A stretch of 64,000 bases of DNA from Octopus bimaculoides (lineage: Eukaryota), in the NCBI RefSeq assembly GCF_001194135.2, contig NC_068989.1, positions 7,990,825 through 8,054,824 on the forward strand, in the 5' to 3' direction. The stretch's first letter is position 1; each line of letters opens with the position of its first letter. The notes beneath the pieces were generated by a model. That model made no database searches. It was not told the origin of the DNA and saw nothing but the letters and a program-made list of their open reading frames with translations. A program made the position numbers and the translations under genes. This document shows, one piece after another, positions 10,701 through 20,789 of the stretch.

Positions 10701-10711
10701 TTGTGTGTGTT

Positions 10712-10749
<38 letters not shown>

Positions 10750-10900
10750 TCTATATGTGTGTGTATATGTACATATCTATTCATGTGTCTTTGTATAAAT
10801 ACATGTGTATATACACATACTAACTCATAGTCATATACGTCTGTGTATGTGTGTATTAATCAGAGCTCTTTCTAATATTAATATTAATTTTATCGCTCAC

Positions 10901-10956
10901 GAAGCTGCAGGAATACAGGGCAGCATTCACTTCTTTGCACTGTGAAGTTCTTTTAG
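10901..10956 (-). CDS. Candidate 56-nt internal exon (xKRTSQCKEVNAALYSCSF)
   Basis: Flanked by a tttgtttcag acceptor and a GTGAGC donor. Only one frame is open, and it contains CX9C. Partner exons were not identified. Confidence 0.3.
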
Positions 10957-11199
10957 CTGAAACAAATGTATGCTAATGAATGTAATTACGTAATTCTTGA
11001 TTTCATGTAATTTATTATTTAATATTTTGTTTTATGCTACTGTCACCGTGTATATCTGGAAGGAAAACTGCGACGGTTTTACTTGTTGACGATTGCAGTT
11101 TAACGATACCAGTGAATGCAAATATATTTGTCTACAAATATATTTCTCTTCGTCTTTCTGTGGTAAAAAAAGAATCATCAAGTGTGTGTGTGTTTGCAC

Positions 11200-11450
11200 A
11201 TGCGCAATAGAAATTTAGTTACTTATTAAATACCATATCACTGGATAGGCTTATTGCACTATCTTTAAGATAGCGTGTATACGTTAGCGTATGTTTATGT
11301 ATGAACACATTTACACTCGTCCGTCACAGCTACAACACTTATTTCCGTTGACGTCACTGCTTTTGTCGGCTGCAGTTTTCTCTACATCTGGCCAAATCTA
11401 GCCAAGTGATATTGGCTTCTTTCCTGTTCGATATGAATGCTCGGCGTCTC
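11200..11450. promoter_or_regulatory. Candidate (possibly bidirectional) promoter
   Basis: CpG-retaining island with a CRE TGACGTCA (about 11349-11356), adjacent ETS-like cggaaat on the minus strand and NRF1-like catgcgca (about 11200). Motif inference only. Confidence 0.3.
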
Positions 11451-11912
11451 TTCCCTTCTGGTTGTGTCCATTTGAAAGCTGTTTGACAATGTCATTGTTC
11501 TGATGTCTATCTATATGACTTGCTAGTTTTAGTAATCATTGTTCTGTGCCTACACTACATAAAGTAAATGACACACCCACGAATTCCTGAAGATCGGGTT
11601 CCGAAAATTAGTATAAAATATATCTCCATTTCGTGATCCTTTGTTTACAAACAGTAACATCTTACTACGTGTGTGCATTTTATATCTGCTCGATGTCCTA
11701 ACTTTATTTCGTTCCACTGTTTCACTTTTTCCTTCATTTTCATCTTTTCTTCATAACATCTTCAAACCTCCTCTACACTTTACGGAAACATTGCGAGTTT
11801 TTTAAATTGTTTATTTCAATCTTGAAAAAGAAAAACGTGAAGCTGGTGTTTCTGATGATCGATGAGAACCCAGCAATGAAATAAAGGACCCTCTTCCTAG
11901 ACTTAGTTATGG

Positions 11913-12150
11913 TAGGGATCCCCTACTACCCGGTTGTGAATCATTGGTACGGACCCGCTGAGAAAGAATAAATCTTATTTCTCTTCTATTGAATGTCGCA
12001 GTCTGCAGGGTGTTTTTGCATTTTATATATGTATTATATATATATTAATTAAATTATGTACCCTTTATTGTGTTTTTGTTATGCGCGCGCTCCCTTGGTC
12101 GGTGAAAAACTTGTAGCCAGTCCATGGTGTTAAAAAAGGTTGGTAACCTG
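11913..12150. mobile_element. hAT-like MITE (degenerate)
   Basis: Degenerate termini tagggatcccctact and aaaaggttggtaacctg. No clear 8-bp TSD. Confidence 0.35.
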
Positions 12151-13647
12151 ATCTGTTTATGAAAAAATATGTGTAATACCTATGCATACTTTTAATATAA
12201 ATGCGCATATAGAGTAGCGGTGCCAACCGTTGTTGACCTTTCAACGGTGTATAGAAACTACATTATCCAGTCTTATTCTTTTTACTTAAAGACAGTGTGG
12301 TGTGATTTAAGGAATATTTGCTGCTATTTCTAGCAGACCGAGTCCCATTTAGAAAAACTTCTTCCCTTATTGTAATCCGACGGGGACCATTACTACTTTT
12401 CCTCTTACTAATTTTAATTTTGTTAATTAGTGTGTGGTGTTTTTTTTGATAGTGGTTGTTTAAAAAGTTCGATATTTGTATTTCAGGAATGTTTATAAAT
12501 TCCTTTCAAAAACTGTCTGAAGTTGATTTTACACTGCAGCAACACATTTCAATAGCTTCTACGTCAGTCATGGGGCAACCTGTAGCTCTCGCGGTACTTT
12601 CTGAATGGTACACCCAACGAAAAATTACCTTAAAAATCATTTAGTCGTGCTGCCATCCTTGATGGTGAGGTATATCTCATGCGGCCGGCTGCTCGAAAAA
12701 GATTGCTTATGCCTGCTCTATGTTGTCACTCGGACATGCTAGAAATTCAAATCTCTCAAATCACATACCATATGAAAAGAAAAAAAAAAAAAAAGACTGT
12801 TGGTTATATATATAGTCAAAGATATACAAAAAGATGAGATAGTCACGGCTAGAACGCTCTGTCAGGTCTGGTGTGGAGATTCATTTCATAGTTAGAAACC
12901 TCCGTATTTTTTTGTATTTAGCGTGTTTTATAAACTTATAATAATATTTAGTTGGGTTAACTTTCGATATTTGTGTTTGGGATACCTAAGTTGTGGGGAG
13001 AGGTCTGATGGAAATTTAGCTGCTATTTCTAGTAGCTCAAGCGACCACATCGAAATTCCTCCGCATGCTTTTGCGGTTATTGTACAGTTTATTTATNNNN
13101 NNNNNNNNNNNNNNNNNNNNNNNNNNNNNNNNNNNNNNNNNNNNNNNNNNNNNNNNNNNNNNNNNNNNNNNNNNNNNNNNNNNNNNNNNNNNNNNNNNNN
13201 NNNNNNNNNNNNNNNNNNNNNNNNNNNNNNNNNNNNNNNNNNNNNNNNNNNNNNNNNNNNNNNNNNNNNNNNNNNNNNNNNNNNNNNNNNNNNNNNNNNN
13301 NNNNNNNNNNNNNNNNNNNNNNNNNNNNNNNNNNNNNNNNNNNNNNNNNNNNNNNNNNNNNNNNNNNNNNNNNNNNNNNNNNNNNNNNNNNNNNNNNNNN
13401 NNNNNNNNNNNNNNNNNNNNNNNNNNNNNNNNNNNNNNNNNNNNNNNNNNNNNNNNNNNNNNNNNNNNNNNNNNNNNNNNNNNNNNNNNNNNNNNNNNNN
13501 NNNNNNNNNNNNNNNNNNNNNNNNNNNNNNNNNNNNNNNNNNNNNNNNNNNNNNNNNNNNNNNNNNNNNNNNNNNNNNNNNNNNNNNNNNNNNNNNNNNN
13601 NNNNNNNNNNNNNNNNNNNNNNNNNNNNNNNNNNNNNNNNNNNNNNN

Positions 13648-13715
<68 letters not shown>

Positions 13716-13725
13716 TCTCTCTCTC
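13648..13725. repeat. (CT)n(AT)n microsatellite at gap edge
   Basis: Directly visible. Confidence 0.95.
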
Positions 13726-14237
13726 TTCCTCACTCATATTCCAGTCGCCTTTCCTTCTCTCTCTCTCTCACTCTCTTTCTCCAAATTCTTTTGCCTCATT
13801 ACTTTATCTTCTTTGGCTTCGTTTTTCTATTTGCGTTTTTTCTTTAATTAAAAGCAACATTTATTTCGACAAAGACCATCACTATATATTTTTTTTTCCT
13901 CTTTTATTTTATTTTTACGGGACTCCACTCATTATTTATCCCGCCTCTTGTCAACCTTTTCACATCCTTTCCCCCCCTCCTCACTTTTTGTCCGTCACAC
14001 TCGTAGCTGTTCTCACTTCCTGTTTCTCTCCTCGATCCCACGTTGGTTTTTCATTTAAACCTTACCCCTCTTCTCTCTCTCTCTCTTTTTACCTCTCTCT
14101 ATTTCTTTCTTTGTATTTGTCTTTCCCTCTTCTGTACACTAGGCACTGTGTCAGAAACATCGACCACTATATAACTATAAACCTTTTCATCACATACATC
14201 CATTCATACACATACACACACATATATCTATATATAT

Positions 14238-14289
<52 letters not shown>

Positions 14290-14844
14290 GTATATACACA
14301 ATTTATAGCGAAGCATATTTCATGGATGATTATAAAACTTGCTTGCTGTAGACATTTCGGTAAGATTTTCAGTAAATTTATATTACCACTTTTTCGCTTC
14401 TTCTCACTTCGATTTCTTCCTAAATCTATTTTCTATTTTCAAATTCGATCTGTAATCTTAAGAGGCGAAGCAAGAGAGAAATAAAAAGTAAAAAGCAAAA
14501 AAAACGTCCACCTCTCATTTTTATTTTCTAAGTTTAATACACATCCAAGTGGATAGAAACTACATGAGATCGCCCCATTATAAAACGAACCACATCGCTT
14601 TCTACTTTACACATACAACAAACACGAAGCTATCTTTTCTCTTATCTATAGATGTTCTCCGTCTGATCTGAAAATGTGCGCATTATATTTCCATGAAAGT
14701 ATTCTTTAGTCTGGAGTGTCCATACTAAAAAAAATTATTTGTCTATCTAAAGTAGTGCTTAAGGTGGTTTTCTGTGTACATATTCTTCGTTTGATGATAA
14801 GGTGAGGTTGCAGGAGGCATTACCTGTAGACAAATACCTTTTTA

Positions 14845-15120
14845 TCTTTTACTTGTTTCAGTCATTGGACTTTAAGTATTCTGAAGCAGTGCCTTCAAGG
14901 GTCGCAGTCAAACAAAATTGACCCGTATTTTTAAAGCCTGGTATTCTCATCGGTGTCTTGTCGAACCGTTAGGTTATTGGGACGTAAACAGACCAACACC
15001 AGTTGTCAAGCGCTGGTATCTTTCAGTTTCCGTTTCCTAAATCCGCTCCGAAGGTGTTACGCAGTGGCACTTAACCCGAAACCGTAGTTGGGAAGCAAGT
15101 TTCTTACTACACCTGCGCCT
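14845..15120 (-). mobile_element. SINE family B (internally deleted)
   Basis: Tail, gggacgtaaac...gttgtcaagcg body and head ...cttactacacctgcgcct. Confidence 0.75.
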
Positions 15121-16149
15121 ATCAATATTGTAATATATTAATAATAATAATTACTAAATTAGATAATTACATTGTGGAAGAACCATTTGTGACATTTAAG
15201 AGTACAGAAATGATATTCACATTTCGTTTGTATTTTAATAACGAAGTGTCAGGAATTTCTTCCTTCTGAAGCCTCGTCGTTGCCGATACACTTTTAATAT
15301 CTACCCAAAACACTTCCCCGGGGTTTCTTTCGGTTCTAGTTTTCTAAAAATTATTCATGCTTTTATTTTAGTTAAGCATGGCAGTAGCTATGTTTTATAT
15401 GTTAAGATTAGACGTATTATCAGTTTGCACCTACATTTATTCTTTTACTGATTTTCTCTTCCAATTGGATTGGATCTATGCTTATATCAACCTGAATACT
15501 TCGATCTTCACCATGCTGTCGTCGACATGACGCTCGTACGCTTTCGCACCAGAAGGGAGGTCACTCTTCCAATAGACAAGGGGGCGCAGATTACTAAATG
15601 GAAAAATAAACCAATTAATTTGTTCGTGCGTCTTGAAAGCGTTCCTACAGTGTCTATCCCGTCCTATAAGCTTTTCATGATAAGCTTTTATTCCAGTCGT
15701 AATCCACCAGATCATTAAAGAGCGTTCCAAAAGTTGACCATATTGTTCTTTTACCAAAATCTTTCTTTTGGTATACTTGTATTAAAAAAAACAAAAAAAA
15801 ACGCAAAATTCGATTTTTGAAACAACCCTTTACTCTCAGATAATGTAACCTGTTGTAAAAATATAGGAAAAAATTAGTGCTACTGGGTGCTTATTTTCAT
15901 TAATCCTATTTGCCCTTAGCACTTCATACTGTTGTTTTATAACGCGAAAAAATTTAATTTTATTTGCAATATTAATCGCCAGATTCGGAGTACAGTTTAG
16001 AAATATAATACATGCGCAAAATCTCTACAAACACATGTATATTTTACCCTGTCCCTAAAAATGTGTTTACATAAATATTTTACTCTCACGCATGTATAAT
16101 GTACGTATACATGCGTGATAATACATGTACATGTATATAAGTAAATGTG

Positions 16150-16191
<42 letters not shown>

Positions 16192-16300
16192 NNNNNNNNN
16201 NGTCCCTAAAAATGTGTTTACATAAATATTTTACTCTCACGCATGTATAATGTACGTATACATGCGTGATAATACATGTACATGTATATAAGTAAATGTG

Positions 16301-16344
<44 letters not shown>

Positions 16345-16594
16345 TTAGACTTGAAAATTAAATTGCATCATAGACAACCAATTTTCAAAACTGCCTATTC
16401 CTGTTTGTGCTGTTGTACTCGTATCATCAGTTGGTTGCTATCTCTTCATTGGCTGTCACTGAAGATTTTACATCTTGATTATGTAACTAATAGTCGTTTT
16501 CTTGTTAATGAAACGTACGTAAGTTGATGTAACAAAACAAAAAACAATCGTTTACAATCGTTTTTGTTTTATTTTTACATACACACACACACGT

Positions 16595-16825
16595 CTTTTA
16601 TCTTTTACTTGTTTCAGTCATTTGACTGTGGCCATGCTGGGGCACCACCTTGAAGAATTTTAGTTAAATGAATTGACCTCATTACTTATTCTTCTTCAAC
16701 CTGGTATTTCCTCTTGTCTTTTTTGCTCTACTGTTAAGTTTCGGAGACATAAACACACCGACACCGGTTGTCAAGTGATGTGGTGGGGGAACAAACATAG
16801 ATACACACACACACACACGCACATA
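16595..16825 (-). mobile_element. SINE family B 3' half
   Basis: ttttacttgtttcagtcatttgactgtggccatgctggggcacc...ggttgtcaagtgatg. Confidence 0.8.
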
Positions 16826-16829
16826 TATA

Positions 16830-17081
16830 TTGGGTTGGTGCATAGTCATTGCAGCTTTTGTTCAACAAATTTTATTCAACAAAAGCAATAACAGCATGTA
16901 ACAAAAACATTTTAAAATGATTATTCCGGAGCATATTCACCATCTACTTCAATTACTGCTTCCCATTTTGCTTGGCAGACAGTCAGACCATCATTTAAAG
17001 ATGTTTTTGTTAAATGTTGTTATTGTTTTTGTGGAATAAAATTTGTTGTAAAAAAGCTGCAATAATTATGCACCAACCCGA
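16830..17081 (-). mobile_element. Mariner deletion derivative (MITE) retaining the transposase 3' end
   Basis: TIRs ttgggttggtgcatagtcattgcagctttt and aaaagctgcaataattatgcaccaacccga, TA flanks. Minus strand encodes ...KWEAVIEVDGEYAPE*. Confidence 0.85.
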
Positions 17082-17904
17082 TATATAGAGAACTGCAAGC
17101 AAGTAAACAAACAACAGTTTTTAAGAATGGTGATGTTTTCCTTTATTAATTAAGCATGTGTGTGTATATTGGCAATGATATGAACTGATTACTGATGTCA
17201 TGACATTAACCGTCACTGAGTAAATGACAAAAGACCGAGGTGATTGGCAATATGCAGTAATTGAGAAAACCTGCCTACCTTTGTAAAACAGGTTCTGAAA
17301 GCACAATCTGTGTGATTTTCTGTACATATGTCTCTCAGACTAGCATTCTGCTGATCTAGTTAACTTAGACTAATCTCTGCCTAACTACCCTATCACATAC
17401 TTTGACTACCTCAGTTGCCTTATCTGCCCATTTTTCCACCAAAGTATGTTCTTACCACCCACCACATCATACCTGCCTACCCAGGGGAATTTAAACCTGT
17501 TTCTTACCCGTGAGGACATCAGCAGAGGCTCCCTTCCATCTTACTTCTCTCACACCACACACATCTCCAGCATTTCAATAATCTCACCAGTCCGTCCTTT
17601 CAATTGGCTGATAGTGATGGTGGTGGACTTGGGAGGATGAGTGTGAAGACAGTTGTGGAACTTTTGTCAACACCTAAAAAGTAGACTTGCACAAAAACAT
17701 ACCAGCTGGCAGAGGGCTTTGGTACATGATTAATTTACTCAATGGATTACAATTTCCTCAAAATCCTGTACACCATCTTGAGCAAGCATCAAGGTGAGAG
17801 GAGTAGGAAGTGGTTCTAGGGCTTCAGGTTCACTAGGAGAGAGGATAGCATGGCTACATAGCAAAGTTTATACGTGTAGTCCATATATATTACCCCCTGC
17901 CATA

Positions 17905-18015
17905 TCATCATCATCATCATCATCATCGTTTAACGTCTGCTTTCCATGCTAGCATGGGTTGGACGATTTGACTGAGGACTGGTGAAACCGGATGGCAACA
18001 CCAGGCTCCAGTCTG
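17905..18015 (-). mobile_element. RTE-type 3' end with (GAT)n tail (family D)
   Basis: (cat)n-cgtttaacgtctgctttccatgctagcatgggttggacg... Confidence 0.8.
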
Positions 18016-19238
18016 GGCTAAAAATTTGGAAATAGATCTGAAAATGAGAATTTTTTAATATTTAGTTTGCGATATATTATTACTCCTTACAATAATATGG
18101 TGGGTATAACAATTTTGATATTTAGAAAAACATTCCAGACTTTTGGCCTGCGTTTTTGTCTCATTTTCGTATTTTTTATATATAAAAATATAGCAGCGTA
18201 CATACACTTTGGTCTCTTATATGTAAGTATATATATATCTAAATTTTGTACGACTATTATTCTTTCATTCTTTCCTTCTTTCTATCATCCCCTTCACACT
18301 TACTTTGTTCATTCAACTCTTCATTCTTTCGTTCCCCCTCTCTCACATTTCCTAGCCTTCTCTTCATGCTCACTTTCCTTCTTCTTTCACTTCACTCTGT
18401 CCCTTTCATTTTTTTTATCGCCTCTCCTTAATTCTTCTATCCCTCTACCTCTCTCTCTTCTCTCCCCACGTGACCGGTGTTCGACCAAGCCTGACCTTTC
18501 TTGGTTCAACTACCATCCATGCAACATCTATATTCCTCCCTATGCTTGTCATCCCTTGTGTCCCTGCCATAAGGCTTCACTTCCACACACACCAGCTTAA
18601 TTTAATTTGTCCTTAGTCGAAAGACACCTGTTGTTAATGTCCTGCTATTTGCATTTATGTACTATTTCTCCGTTCTTTTTCCGTCCTTGTTTTCGTATAC
18701 ATTTGCTGCTTTCTTCCAAGGAATCTAGTGCTCTTAGCTTAGTTTTTCGTTGGGTCTGGCCAGATTGGAGCAATCTCTAGAATAACCAGCCGAAATTACA
18801 AAGATAATCTGGAACCCGACTGAGGAAAGAAAATTCCAAACGACCCATCCTTATTTTCTTTGTATCGTGTGTCTGGATGTTTTGCGTTCTTGTCCCATTT
18901 TTGTATTTATATANNNNNNNNNNNNNNNNNNNNNNNNNNNNNNNNNNNNNNNNNNNNNNNNNNNNNNNNNNNNNNNNNNNNNNNNNNNNNNNNNNNNNNN
19001 NNNNNNNNNNNNNNNNNNNNNNNNNNNNNNNNNNNNNNNNNNNNNNNNNNNNNNNNNNNNNNNNNNNNNNNNNNNNNNNNNNNNNNNNNNNNNNNNNNNN
19101 NNNNNNNNNNNNNNNNNNNNNNNNNNNNNNNNNNNNNNNNNNNNNNNNNNNNNNNNNNNNNNNNNNNNNNNNNNNNNNNNNNNNNNNNNNNNNNNNNNNN
19201 NNNNNNNNNNNNNNNNNNNNNNNNNNNNNNNNNNNNNN

Positions 19239-19270
<32 letters not shown>

Positions 19271-19272
<2 letters not shown>

Positions 19273-19499
19273 GGGTTGACCAAAAGTCACCTGAGAGTAA
19301 ATCAAAGTCATTTAATTCCAAGATTTATTCATGTTTAACAACTGAATGAACTTAATAAAAGCATCTGAATATGAAACTCATGAAAACTGTTCAGACTGAA
19401 GTCCTTGAGTGACATATTTTACCATTCAAGTCAGTATGAAATTACAGATGGTATTTATGGAATTTTTATTTACTGTCGGGTGACTTTTGGCCAACCCTC
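19271..19499. mobile_element. Tc1/mariner-type MITE
   Basis: TIRs cagggttgaccaaaagtcacc and ggtgacttttggccaaccct. Confidence 0.8.
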
Positions 19500-20789
19500 T
19501 TTATACATGCACACACACACACACAGTGGCTTATGCTTATATGTATACAGCTCGTGTAGGTGCATGCACACAAGTGTATGGTAGCAGGAGAAATGACATC
19601 AAAATATATTCATAGACATAGGATGGATGGAGTGTATAGTGAGTTGTCAAGGAAGGAATTTATGTTTAAATGAAAATGGTGGCCGTGAGAATCTATTGTA
19701 GTTGTTTCCTTTAATTTTATATATACTTTCCTTTACCCTAGACCTAAGTGTTTCTGTGGAGCACTTGTATTTAAGTGGGCTGAATATGGAGTTGCTGCAT
19801 TACATTGTCATAAATGGAGTGCAATATGTCCATTTCTATGATGCTGGTTGTGGTTTGATTTGAGTTGTGATATTAAGCACCTGTAGCTAATCTCAACGTT
19901 GTCCTCATTGAAGATCTTGTTTTGTGTGCTGTGGTGAAAGTCCTACTTATTTAACTGAAGTCGTTATCAGCTGTTAGACCCTCTGTTTATGATATATTTA
20001 GTTGAACCTGATGACCATTTCCCCATTGCTTTGTTGAGGCATTATCATTATTTTCTAGTTTTTTGTGTGTATCCACTTCTTGCTAATGCATCTTTAGAGT
20101 AAGGTGTAGATTGGCTGAATATTTACTTCGCAGTCAATAGTTTAGATTCTGTCAAGCTCATGTTGCTTGCTTCTTTTATCCCTTATCTTTCAGACATGCT
20201 GGAACATTGCTTTGAAAGATTTTAATCAAATTAATTAACCCCTTGCCAAGCAGTGGTCACACCTACACACACACAACAGGCTCCTGTACATTTTCCATCT
20301 ACCAATTTGAAATCCTCTCCGGATGTAGAATGTTTTCACCAGTTCTTTAAAAATTATTCTTGTATACATATGTAGAATATGCTTTGCATCATTCAAGTAT
20401 TCCTGGCCAGTTCTACTTAAATACATCTTTAGCATTCTTATCAAAACTATTAACAAATGGTATGAGCATCACCTTGAGGCTGTCATAACAATTCTTTGGG
20501 ACTTTCCTGTACATACAGACAGAACCAACAAAGCTAATTAACTGGACATTATTGTGTAAGACCAAAATGATAAAGTTTATTGACTGATTGATATGAGTTT
20601 CTGTTCTGCTCAGCCTTGTTTTAGAATTTTGTTCATAAACCTCTTACCTATTTTAGAACGTGGATTAAAGCACTTCGATGAAGTGGTATTTAATTGCTAT
20701 ATTAAACCAATCTTGAAACTCAGATTTTTATATGTTAAGTCAATGCTTATATAAGTAATGGTTGTTTTTTTTAAATTTTATTTTTGCAG

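Noticed and set aside
11845-11890. CTGATGA...GAAA as a possible hammerhead
   Set aside because: No stem II or stem I pairing. The CTGATGA hits near 9639, 19988, 24155 and 45113 fail in the same way.
16050-16340. Direct duplication of about 140 bp
   Set aside because: The copies flank a 10-N gap, so this is a contig-overlap artefact.
18440-18900. Repeat-like GC-richer segment
   Set aside because: No motif, terminus or second copy in the window, so it could not be classified.
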